In this document: positions 28,212 through 36,909 of the stretch, piece after piece
Position numbering within the stretch: position 1 is the first letter of the stretch
How the letters are laid out: every line of letters begins with the position of its first letter
Assembly: GCA_036518215.1 (NCBI GenBank)
Contig: DATDNP010000103.1
Location: 1,803-65,802, forward strand
Length of the DNA stretch: 64,000 nucleotides
Origin: Candidatus Limnocylindria bacterium
GTDB lineage: Bacteria; Chloroflexota; Limnocylindria; P2-11E
Direction of reading: 5' to 3'
Position numbers and translations under genes: made by a program
Notes under the pieces: generated by a model
Told to the model about the DNA's origin: nothing
Databases searched by the model: none
The model's input: the letters and a program-made list of their open reading frames with translations, nothing else

Positions 28212-30097
28212 AACTTCGGACATTCGTCGCGACGTGGCCCGGTCGCCTCGTCGCGCTGCTCATCATCGCCGCGCTCGGCGGCGGCGCCGCGACCGTCGCA
28301 CGGGCGAACAGCGCGACGCCGGCGGTCGCACCGAGGACCGCGACGGTCGCGCGCGGCAGCATCACACAGGCCGTCAGCGTGTCGGGCTCCGTGAACTCCT
28401 CGGCGCAGACACGGCTTGCCTTCAAGACAGGCGGCAAGCTCGCGCAGGTGTACGTGAACACCGGCCAGGCGGTCACGCCCGGACAGCCGCTCGCGGCGCT
28501 CGACACGACGGACCTCCAGAACGCGCTCGCGACGGCGAACCAGAACCTCGCGAACGCGCAGGCGAGCTATCAGAAGCAGGTCCAGGCCGCGTCCGACACG
28601 CAGGCCGCGCTGGTCGACACGCAGAAGTCGACCGCGCTCAGCATCGCGAACGCGCAAGCCGCGCTCTCGAAGATCCAGACGAACTACGCGACCGCGAAGA
28701 AGAACCTCGGATCGCTGAGCGACGGCATCTCGAACGACACGAGCCAGTACCGCTCGGCCATCGACGCGCTCCGCGCGCAGGGCCAGGTCGTGACGAACGA
28801 CATCTCGCTCTACAGCAGCAGCGACGTGAGCAGCGCGCGCCAGTCGCTGTACTCCGCGGACCTCTCGCTCGCGAACGCGCAGTCGTACGGGAGCATCACC
28901 TTCGCGAACGATCTGGCGGCGTTCATCAGCGCGCGCGACACGCTCCTGTCGGCCACGACCTCGTTCGACAACGCGATGAGCGCCGGAGGCGACACGAGCG
29001 CCGCGGTCTCGAGCTACCAGACCGTGCTCCTCAACTACAACCTCGCGCAGGCGACCCTGTCGAGCGCGATCGACACGCTCACGGGCTTCGTGTCGAGCGC
29101 GCAGACCTCGGCGAACGCCGCGGCGACGTCGCTCAACTCGAACAACAGTCGCTTCAACACGAACCTCGACCAAGCGCGTGGCGACATCCTCGTGCTCCAG
29201 AACCTGTACACGACCGACGCGCAGTACTCGCTCAGCGCGAAGACGCGCAGCACGCAGACGACGTCACAGGTGAGCACGATCACCGACGCCGTCACGGGCA
29301 GCCTCGTGAGCGCGACGAACGCGATCACGTCGGCGCAGCAGCAGGCCGATACGAGCCTTCGCAACGCGCAGTCCGCCGTCGCGAACATCCCGTTCAACCT
29401 GCAGTCGGCCTCGGTGAGCGTGCAGAACGCGCAGACGGCCGTCGACACGGCGAAGGCCAACATCGATGCGGCCGTGCTCACGGCGCCCACGGCGGGCGTC
29501 GTCGCGTCGATCGCGAATCAGATCGGTGAATTCGTGAGCGGCGGAAACACGAACAGCGCGTTCATCGTCCTCACGAGCACGAACACGATGGTGCTCCACG
29601 GCACGATCGGTGAGGCCGACATCTCGAAGCTGAAGCTCGGCCAGGTCGCGAACGTCACCGTCGACGCCGTCGCGACGGCGAAGATGACGGGGCGCGTCAT
29701 CTCGCTCGACCCGGTCGCGACGATCTCGCAGGGCGTGCCGGTGTACGGGGTCGACGTCGCCATCGACGTCCCCGCCGACGGCGTGAAGGCCGGCATGACC
29801 GGGACCGCGAGCGTCATCCTCGCGAGCAAGCAGAACGTCCTCGTCGTCCCGAACACCGCGATCCGGACCGTGAACGGTCAGCGCGGCGTGCAGGTCCTGA
29901 AGGGCGGCGAGATCGTCGACACGCCGGCGCAGTTCGGTGTCTCGAACGACACGCTCACCGAGGTGGTGAGCGGCCTCGCCGAGGGCGACACGATCGTCAT
30001 CCCGCAGGCACGCGCCGGCGCGTCGACGCAGCCCAACCGCGGCGGCTTCCCGGGTGTCGGCGGCGGTGGCGGCGTGAGGATCGGCGGCGGCGGATGA
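28208..30097 (+). CDS. HlyD/MacA-family efflux periplasmic adaptor with hugely extended coiled-coil / low-complexity hairpin (629 aa)
   Basis: [26 protein letters not shown]-terminal anchor. A lipoyl-like beta domain ([31 protein letters not shown]) is followed by ~310 aa of S/T/A/Q/N-rich heptad-like sequence. Canonical MFP beta-barrel/MP domains ([13 protein letters not shown]...VVPNTAI...) and a Gly-rich tail close the protein. ATGA overlap with the upstream gene. Confidence 0.8.
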   Translation: MKLRTFVATWPGRLVALLIIAALGGGAATVARANSATPAVAPRTATVARGSITQAVSVSGSVNSSAQTRLAFKTGGKLAQVYVNTGQAVTPGQPLAALDTTDLQNALATANQNLANAQASYQKQVQAASDTQAALVDTQKSTALSIANAQAALSKIQTNYATAKKNLGSLSDGISNDTSQYRSAIDALRAQGQVVTNDISLYSSSDVSSARQSLYSADLSLANAQSYGSITFANDLAAFISARDTLLSATTSFDNAMSAGGDTSAAVSSYQTVLLNYNLAQATLSSAIDTLTGFVSSAQTSANAAATSLNSNNSRFNTNLDQARGDILVLQNLYTTDAQYSLSAKTRSTQTTSQVSTITDAVTGSLVSATNAITSAQQQADTSLRNAQSAVANIPFNLQSASVSVQNAQTAVDTAKANIDAAVLTAPTAGVVASIANQIGEFVSGGNTNSAFIVLTSTNTMVLHGTIGEADISKLKLGQVANVTVDAVATAKMTGRVISLDPVATISQGVPVYGVDVAIDVPADGVKAGMTGTASVILASKQNVLVVPNTAIRTVNGQRGVQVLKGGEIVDTPAQFGVSNDTLTEVVSGLAEGDTIVIPQARAGASTQPNRGGFPGVGGGGGVRIGGGG

Positions 30098-30864
30098 CCC
30101 TCGCAGGACGCCTCCGTCCTCCGGTCCAGCCCGTCGTCCGCCTTCGTGGCATCACGAAGACGTATCGGATCGGCAAGGAGATAGAGGTGCGCGCGCTGCG
30201 CGGCGTCGACCTCGACATCTATCCCGGCGAGTTCGTCGCGATCATGGGTCCGTCGGGGTCGGGCAAGTCGACGCTCATGAACATCCTCGGATGCCTCGAC
30301 GTCCCGGACGCGGGGACGTACGAGCTCGCGGGCGAGACCGTGGGCACGCTGAACGATGATCAGCTCGCCGCGATCCGGAACAAGCACCTCGGCTTCGTCT
30401 TTCAGACGTTCAATCTGCTGCCGCGCCTCAACGCGATCGAGAACGTCGAGCTGCCGCTCGTGTACGGCGGCGACGGGCACGATCGTCAAGCGCGAGCGAT
30501 CGCCGCGCTCGAGCAGGTCGGCCTCGGAGAGCGCACGCATCACCGTCCGAGCGAGCTCTCCGGCGGACAGCAGCAGCGCGTGGCCATCGCGCGGGCTCTC
30601 CTGAACGACCCTGCGATGATCCTCGCCGACGAGCCCACGGGGAACCTCGACTCGCGGTCGAGCGCCGAGATCCTCTCGATCTTCCAACGCCTCAACGAGA
30701 GCGGGAAGACCGTCGTCATGGTCACGCACGAGCCGGACGTCGCGGCGCACTGCCGCCGCATCGTGCGAATGCGCGACGGCGTCGTCGCGCACGACGACCC
30801 CGTGGCGAATCCGCGCCGCGCCGAGGACGAGATCGCGGCCGGGATCGGAGCGGGCGACGAATGA
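30094..30864 (+). CDS. ABC transporter ATP-binding protein, MacB/LolD family
   Basis: [10 protein letters not shown] Walker [16 protein letters not shown] signature, [11 protein letters not shown] Walker B. Confidence 0.92.
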   Translation: MTLAGRLRPPVQPVVRLRGITKTYRIGKEIEVRALRGVDLDIYPGEFVAIMGPSGSGKSTLMNILGCLDVPDAGTYELAGETVGTLNDDQLAAIRNKHLGFVFQTFNLLPRLNAIENVELPLVYGGDGHDRQARAIAALEQVGLGERTHHRPSELSGGQQQRVAIARALLNDPAMILADEPTGNLDSRSSAEILSIFQRLNESGKTVVMVTHEPDVAAHCRRIVRMRDGVVAHDDPVANPRRAEDEIAAGIGAGDE

Positions 30865-32138
30865 AGCTCTACGACTCGTTCCGCTCGGCGCTCCAGTCGC
30901 TCGTCACGAACAAGCTCCGCTCGGCACTCACGATGCTCGGCGTCATCATCGGCGTCGCGTCGGTCATCGCGATGGTCGCCGTCGGCAACGGCGCCTCGGC
31001 CCAGGTGCAGAGCACGATCCTGTCGCTCGGATCGAACCTCATCACGGTCACGCCCTCGGCGCAGACCGATCAGGGGCTGAAGGGCGCCGGCGCACAGGCG
31101 CAGAGCCTCACCGAGGCTGACATGCGCTCGCTGCAGGATCAGCTCGGCGACTCGGTGAGGGCGATCGAGGCCGAGCAGCAGGCGGGCCGCTGGCAGGTGA
31201 CGGCGGGCACGAACAACTGGAACACCCAGGTCTCAGGCGTGACCGAGATGTATCCCGAGGTACGCGACTGGAACACGCAGGTCGGCGAGTTCTTCACGCA
31301 GCAGGACCTCACCGTGAACGCGCAGGTCGCCGTGCTCGGCGCGACGACCGCCGCGAACCTCTTCGGGGACGCGGACGCGGTCGGGCAGACGATCCAGCTG
31401 CGTCAGGTCTTCGGTGGTGGTGGCGGCGGCGGCCAGCAGCGCGCCCGGATCATCTCGTTCAAGGTCGTCGGTGTCCTCGAGCCGAAGGGCACGACCTTCG
31501 GCTTCAGCCGCGACGACCAGATCCTCGTGCCACTCACGACCGCGCAGCGCGTCCTGACCGGCCGTCACGACGTCGTCTCGTCGATCGTCGTGAAGGCCGT
31601 GGACAGCGACGCGATGACGCAGACGACGGACGACGTCTTCAACGACCTGCTCGTCCGCCACAAGATCAGCGATCCGCAGTCCGCGGACTTCACCGTGACG
31701 AACCAGAACGACACGCTCGCCGCGCTCGGTCAGGTGACCGGGACCTTCACGCTCCTGCTCGGGGCGATCGGCGGCATCAGCCTGCTCGTCGGCGGCATCG
31801 GGATCATGAACATCATGCTCGTCACCGTGAACGAACGGACGCGCGAGATCGGCATCCGCAAGGCCGTCGGCGCGCGGCGGCGCGACATCATGCAGCAGTT
31901 CCTCATCGAGAGCATCGCGCTCACCGGTCTCGGTGGCGTGCTCGGCATCATCCTCGGCTGGTCCATCACGCAGTTCGTCCAACGCATCCCGCAGGCACAG
32001 GGCCTCACCTTGCTCATCACGCCGGCGACGGTCGCGATCGCAGTGGGTGTCTCGGTGGGCATCGGTGTCGTCTTCGGTCTCTATCCCGCGATGCGCGCGG
32101 CGCGGCTCCATCCCATCCAGGCACTCCGATACGAGTAA
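30861..32138 (+). CDS. ABC transporter permease, MacB/FtsX family (separate from ATPase)
   Basis: 425 aa with N-terminal TM, a large periplasmic domain and a C-terminal FtsX 3-TM bundle ([23 protein letters not shown]). Confidence 0.9.
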   Translation: MKLYDSFRSALQSLVTNKLRSALTMLGVIIGVASVIAMVAVGNGASAQVQSTILSLGSNLITVTPSAQTDQGLKGAGAQAQSLTEADMRSLQDQLGDSVRAIEAEQQAGRWQVTAGTNNWNTQVSGVTEMYPEVRDWNTQVGEFFTQQDLTVNAQVAVLGATTAANLFGDADAVGQTIQLRQVFGGGGGGGQQRARIISFKVVGVLEPKGTTFGFSRDDQILVPLTTAQRVLTGRHDVVSSIVVKAVDSDAMTQTTDDVFNDLLVRHKISDPQSADFTVTNQNDTLAALGQVTGTFTLLLGAIGGISLLVGGIGIMNIMLVTVNERTREIGIRKAVGARRRDIMQQFLIESIALTGLGGVLGIILGWSITQFVQRIPQAQGLTLLITPATVAIAVGVSVGIGVVFGLYPAMRAARLHPIQALRYE

Positions 32139-32143
32139 GGAAG

Positions 32144-32680
32144 GTGAACATGAAGACCACTCAGATCGTCATCGCGGCCGTCATCGGCCTCATGCTCCTC
32201 GGCGGCGGCTTCGCCGCGGGGATGACCTACGGGAAGAACGGCGCTCCGGCGGCGGCCGCGAGCGCGTCGGCGTCGGATCGCGGCGCCGGGCGTGGCCAGG
32301 GCGCGGGCGGCGCTCGCTTCGGCCAGGGGGGCGCGAACGGACAGGAGCTCCTCACCGGACAGATCATCTCGGTGAACGACGGGTCGATCACCGTGCAGGT
32401 GCGGCAGCCGGGCCAGAACGGCGCCTCGCCGACGACGTCGAGCCAGATCATCCTGCTCGGCTCGAACACGCGGATCGTGAAGACCAGCGAGAACGACATC
32501 AAGGCGAGCGACCTGAAGGCCAACGATCAGATCCAGATCGTCGGCACGACCGACGCGAGCGGCAACGTCTCCGCGACGGCGATCGTCATCGGCGGCAACG
32601 CGCTGCAGAGCCTCTTCGGCGGCCAGGGCGGCTTCGGCGGCCGCGGCGGCGCGAGCCCGACACCCAGCCCAACGAAGTAG
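32144..32680 (+). CDS. Secreted/anchored Gly-rich protein with central beta domain (DUF5666-like)
   Basis: SD AGGAAGGTG precedes the ATG. N-terminal TM/signal, G/A-rich linkers, core LLTGQIISVNDGSITVQVRQ...IQIVGTTDASGNVSATAIVIG. Confidence 0.6.
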   Translation: MNMKTTQIVIAAVIGLMLLGGGFAAGMTYGKNGAPAAAASASASDRGAGRGQGAGGARFGQGGANGQELLTGQIISVNDGSITVQVRQPGQNGASPTTSSQIILLGSNTRIVKTSENDIKASDLKANDQIQIVGTTDASGNVSATAIVIGGNALQSLFGGQGGFGGRGGASPTPSPTK

Positions 32681-32690
32681 CGAGGGGGAC

Positions 32691-32708
32691 GAGACCGCTT
32701 GCGGTCTC
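32691..32708 (+). terminator. Hairpin after the last efflux-operon gene
   Basis: GAGACCGC-TT-GCGGTCTC perfect inverted repeat 11 nt after the TAG stop; no U-tract. Confidence 0.4.
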
Positions 32709-32795
32709 GGACCCGCGAGCGATGTTCGTACGAAGTACGAAGTAAGCGACGCGGGGATCAGCGGCCGGCGACGGCCCTGGTCCCCGCCGCGACGC

Positions 32796-34484
32796 TCACA
32801 TCGACTCGGGCGCGCTCACCCCCAGGACGCGGAGCGTCTGACGAAGCGTCGTCTGCACGGCCTGCACGAGGCGAAGGCGCGCCTTCGAGAGCTGCGGATT
32901 CGCGTCGTCGACGACGCGGTGGTCGCGATAGAAGCCGTGGAACGCGCCCGCGAGCTCGAGCGCATACACCGTGAGGAGATGCACGCCGCGGTGCTCGACG
33001 ATGTCGGCGAGAAGCTCGGGGAAGCGGAGGCAGAGGCGGATGAGATCGCGCTCGCCGGGCGCGGTGAGGAGCTGCACGTCGCCGCCGTCGGCGGTCATGC
33101 CGCGCTCGGCCGCGGTGCGGAAGATGCTCGCGATGCGCGCGTGCGCGTACTGGACGTAGTAGACGGGATTGTCGTTCGACTGCTGCACGGCGAGCTCGAA
33201 GTCGAAGTCGAGCGGTGAATCCGCGCCACGCTGCAGCAGGAAGAACCGCGCGACATCGGACCCGACGGCATCGAGCACGTCCTCGAGCAGCAGGTACTGG
33301 CCGGTGCGCCGGCCCATGCGGGTGAGGACGCCCTCCTTGAGGAAGCGCACGTACTGATAGAGCACGACCTCGAACCGGTCTGGGTCGATGCCGAGCACCG
33401 GCAGCACGACCTTCATCTGCGCGAGGTGGTACTGCGTGTTCGCGCCCCAGACGTCGAGCTTCAGGTCCACGCCCCGATCCTCGAGGCAGAGGCGGTGATA
33501 GGCGATGTCCGTGCCGAGGTACTTCGGGTCGCCGTTCGCGTCGACGAGGACCCACCCCTCGTCGCTCTGATCGCGCCGCATCGCGGCGGCTTCGGGCGTC
33601 TCGAAGAAGATGACCCCGTCGCGCTCCACGATGACGCCCTTCTGCTTCAGCACCTCGATCGTCTTCGCGAGGTAGCCCGACTCGATGAACGACGACTGCT
33701 TGAACCACGTGTCGTAGCGGATGCCGAACTTCCCGGTCACGCGTTGCGCGTCGGCGACGACCCAGTCGATCGCCATCGGCGCGAAGACCTTCCCCTGCTC
33801 CTCGAGCGACAGGTCGCGGTAGCGAGCGCCGTGACGCTCCTTGATCTGCGCGGCGATGTCCTTCACGTACTCGCCCTGATACCCGTCGGCGGGAAGCTCG
33901 ATCTCCTCACCGAAGAGCTGCCGGTACCGCACCGCGACGGACTCGCCGAACCGCTTCACCTGCGTGCCGCCGTCCTCGACGTAGTACTCGCGCTCGACGT
34001 CGGCACCCGCGAACGACAGGACCGACGAGAGCACGTCCCCGAGGGGGCCGCCACGCGCGTTCGCGACCGTGAGCGGACCGGTCGGGTTTGCCGAGATGAA
34101 TTCGACCTGGACCTTCTTCCCCGCGAGCGTGTTCGAGCGTCCGTAGTCCTCGCCCGCCTTGGTGATCTCGAGCACCTGCGCACGAAGCCACGCGTCGTCG
34201 AGGCGGACGTTCACGAAGCCGCCGCCCGCCACTTCGACGGTCGCGATCGCGCCGCCGGTGCGCACCTGCTCGACGATCGCCTGCGCGATCTCGCGCGGCG
34301 AGCGACGGACCGTCTTCGCGAGACGCATCGCGATGCTCGTCGCGTAGTCGCCGTGCTCCGGATTCGCCGGGATCTCGACGTCGATGTCGGCGGCTTCGGT
34401 ACCCTGCCACGACTTCGCGGCGGCGGCTTTCTCCAGCGCGTCGCGCAGGAGGTCGCCGACGACGACGCGCGGCGGGACGTACAT
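32796..34484 (-). CDS. argS: Arginine--tRNA ligase
   Basis: 562 aa with ISANPTGPLTVANARGG (HIGH-class motif region) and typical ArgS anticodon-binding C-terminus. Confidence 0.93.
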   Translation of the reverse strand: MYVPPRVVVGDLLRDALEKAAAAKSWQGTEAADIDVEIPANPEHGDYATSIAMRLAKTVRRSPREIAQAIVEQVRTGGAIATVEVAGGGFVNVRLDDAWLRAQVLEITKAGEDYGRSNTLAGKKVQVEFISANPTGPLTVANARGGPLGDVLSSVLSFAGADVEREYYVEDGGTQVKRFGESVAVRYRQLFGEEIELPADGYQGEYVKDIAAQIKERHGARYRDLSLEEQGKVFAPMAIDWVVADAQRVTGKFGIRYDTWFKQSSFIESGYLAKTIEVLKQKGVIVERDGVIFFETPEAAAMRRDQSDEGWVLVDANGDPKYLGTDIAYHRLCLEDRGVDLKLDVWGANTQYHLAQMKVVLPVLGIDPDRFEVVLYQYVRFLKEGVLTRMGRRTGQYLLLEDVLDAVGSDVARFFLLQRGADSPLDFDFELAVQQSNDNPVYYVQYAHARIASIFRTAAERGMTADGGDVQLLTAPGERDLIRLCLRFPELLADIVEHRGVHLLTVYALELAGAFHGFYRDHRVVDDANPQLSKARLRLVQAVQTTLRQTLRVLGVSAPESM

Positions 34485-34499
34485 CAGGAGCAGTGTCGC

Positions 34500-35669
34500 C
34501 TAATCGGCTTCGGGCGGCCACGCCGGGACGACGTCACCGCTCGGCTCGCGGCCGCGGAACAGCGTGAACTGCAGCGTCGCCCCGACCGTGTACCAGAACA
34601 CGAGGACGAGCACGTTCACCGTGAAGCCATCCGGTCCGAGGGCCCCGCGGATCGCGCCGGAGACGGACGAGGCGACGGCGGCGGCGACGTTCCATGCGAG
34701 CGCGAGCGTCGCGTTCGCGGCCGCACGCTCCGCCGGCGTGAAGCTCGACAGCTGGTACGCCGACCACGTCGCCTGCGTGCCGAACATGAGGAGCGCGCGC
34801 ATCGCGAGCGCGCCGACCGCGACGACGACGTTCCCGGTGACCGCCGCGAGGACGGCGAAAGGCAGCGACGACACGACGACCGCGGCCACGCCGGGCACCG
34901 CGCCGACGCGACGCGCGACGAGACGACCATGCATGAGCGCGCCGAGGCTCCCCGCGACGGCGATCGTGCCCATCGCGACGCCGATGGCGCGAAAGTCGAG
35001 CGCGAAGCGGTCGGCGAAGAAGAGATTGATGAATGGGATGAACGAACCGGCACCGAAGCCGAAGGCGACCTCGACGAGCGCGAAGCGGAAGAGGAGCCGG
35101 CCCGCGTGCGTCGCGGTGGCCTGCGCGACGGGGACGTCGCGGATGAGGAGCACCGGGACGATCGAGAGCGCGCCGACGCCGCCGCCGAGCGCGACGAGCG
35201 CACGGACCGTGAGCGCGTCGGCCTCTGCCGTGCCGAGGACGTGCGCGACGGGCGTCGCGAGCAGTCCCGCGAGGACGCTCGCGGCGAACGCGGCCATGGT
35301 CCCGAGCGCGATCTGCTGTCCGAAACGTGACGATCGGCTGCGCGCTTCGGTCGCGTCGGCGAGGAGCGCGATGCCGGAGCTCGTCGAGACGATCCCGCCG
35401 AGACCGACGAGCGCCGCCGAGACGACGAGGAGCGCGTACGCGTCCAGCGTGAGCATCCCGACGACACCTGCGCCGACGATCACGCCGCCCGAGATGATGA
35501 CGAGCTTGCGCGAGCGGCCCGGCGCGACGCGTCGCGAGACGACGACACCGATCGCGACGCCGATCGCCTGAGCGCCGACGAGCGCGCCGAGGGCGAGGCC
35601 CTCGAAGCCGAGCGCGCGGTAGAGGAAGTTCAGATAGAAGGTCGTGACGCCGAGGCCGAACGAGCCCAT
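34500..35669 (-). CDS. MFS transporter
   Basis: 12-TM-like hydrophobicity and an MFS loop 2-3 motif (SRRVAPGRSRK). The N-terminus may start further upstream at a non-ATG codon. Confidence 0.7.
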   Translation of the reverse strand: MGSFGLGVTTFYLNFLYRALGFEGLALGALVGAQAIGVAIGVVVSRRVAPGRSRKLVIISGGVIVGAGVVGMLTLDAYALLVVSAALVGLGGIVSTSSGIALLADATEARSRSSRFGQQIALGTMAAFAASVLAGLLATPVAHVLGTAEADALTVRALVALGGGVGALSIVPVLLIRDVPVAQATATHAGRLLFRFALVEVAFGFGAGSFIPFINLFFADRFALDFRAIGVAMGTIAVAGSLGALMHGRLVARRVGAVPGVAAVVVSSLPFAVLAAVTGNVVVAVGALAMRALLMFGTQATWSAYQLSSFTPAERAAANATLALAWNVAAAVASSVSGAIRGALGPDGFTVNVLVLVFWYTVGATLQFTLFRGREPSGDVVPAWPPEAD

Positions 35670-35725
35670 CGTCGCGGCCGCGATGTAGAGGAACGCGTCG
35701 CGCGGGCCGAGGCGCGCGCCGTCGG

Positions 35726-36889
35726 TCAGGGGTTTGGCGCGCGGCCCAGCGTCAGGTCGACGACCTGGGTCTGCCCGTTGCGGATCACCGTGAGCTTGAC
35801 CTTATCGCCGGGCCGGGTCTTCGCCATGATCGAGGTGAGCGGGTGGTCCTGGTCGATCTGCTGGTCGTTCACCTTCGTGATGATGTCGCCCGGCTTGAGG
35901 CCGGCCTGGGCCCCCGGCGACCCGGACACGACCGTATCCACGCTCACGCCGGTCGTCCCGCTCGGCAGGTTGAGGGAGATCGCCTGCCGCTGCGTCACGG
36001 GGAGGTAGAAGATGCCGATGTAGCCGCGGACGACCTCGCCGTTCTTGATGAGCTCGTTCGCGATGTCGCGGATCGTGTTGCTCGAGACGGCGAATCCAAG
36101 ACCCTGCGCGATCGTGTCGGTCTGCGGGTTCACCTCGACGAGCGTGTTCATACCGACGACCTGCTTCGCGGCGATCCAGATGAGCGGTCCGCCGGAGTTG
36201 CCGGGGTTGATCGCGGCATCGGTCTGGAGCATGTCCTCGAGGAAGACGTCCTGGCTCTCCTGCACCCGCCGGCCCTTCGCCGAGATCACCCCTTCGGTCA
36301 CGGTGTTCTGGTACTCACCGAGCGGGCTGCCGATCGCGATGACGTGCGCCCCGACGGGCGCACTGTCGGAATTCGCGAGCGGCGCGGCCGTGAGCCCCTG
36401 CGCCGGAACGCGGAGCACCGCGATGTCCGTCTGCGCGTCGCGGCCGACGAGCGTGGCCTTCACGGTGCGGTTGTCGCTGAAGATGACGTTGAACGACGCG
36501 CCGACACCGGTTCCGCGCGCGTTCTCGACGACGTGGTTGTTCGTGACGATGAAGCCCTGTTGCGCGTCGATCACGAAGCCCGAGCCGCTCGACTCGGCCT
36601 GCCCGTTCTGCGCGTAGTTCACGACGGTGACGACGGCAGGAAGGAGATCCTTCACGACGTCGACCGTCGTGTCGGCACCTGAGGGGACGACCACGGGCGC
36701 GGTCGACGGAAGGGACGAGGGGCTGGGGGTCGCGAGCGACGCGAGGTCGCCTGGCGTCCGCCCCGACACGACGGTCGCGACCGCTCCGCCGGCGACACCT
36801 CCGAGGATCACGCCGGCGAGGAGCAGCGCGGCAGCGCTGGGACCTCTTGACCCCGACGGACGCGGGCTCGTGTAGACCGGTTCAGACAT
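35726..36889 (-). CDS. HtrA/DegP-family trypsin-like serine protease with PDZ domain
   Basis: GSGFVI...TNNHVV (His), DIAVLRV (Asp), GNSGGPL (Ser), C-terminal PDZ (GLKPGDIITKVNDQ). Confidence 0.92.
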   Translation of the reverse strand: MSEPVYTSPRPSGSRGPSAAALLLAGVILGGVAGGAVATVVSGRTPGDLASLATPSPSSLPSTAPVVVPSGADTTVDVVKDLLPAVVTVVNYAQNGQAESSGSGFVIDAQQGFIVTNNHVVENARGTGVGASFNVIFSDNRTVKATLVGRDAQTDIAVLRVPAQGLTAAPLANSDSAPVGAHVIAIGSPLGEYQNTVTEGVISAKGRRVQESQDVFLEDMLQTDAAINPGNSGGPLIWIAAKQVVGMNTLVEVNPQTDTIAQGLGFAVSSNTIRDIANELIKNGEVVRGYIGIFYLPVTQRQAISLNLPSGTTGVSVDTVVSGSPGAQAGLKPGDIITKVNDQQIDQDHPLTSIMAKTRPGDKVKLTVIRNGQTQVVDLTLGRAPNP

Positions 36890-36909
36890 CGACTACCGCC
36901 CTGGAGGTG

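Noticed and set aside
27851-30097. 748-aa version of the adaptor ORF with a 119-aa Arg-rich N-terminus
   Set aside because: The extension overlaps the real upstream membrane-protein gene in another frame and is compositionally junk. The Met at 28208 precedes a signal/TM anchor and overlaps the upstream stop.
32701-32760. Short tandem repeat gtacgaa x2.5 (gttcgtacgaagtacgaagta) between the efflux operon and argS
   Set aside because: It is too short and isolated to be a repeat family or CRISPR. It is probably incidental within a convergent terminator region.
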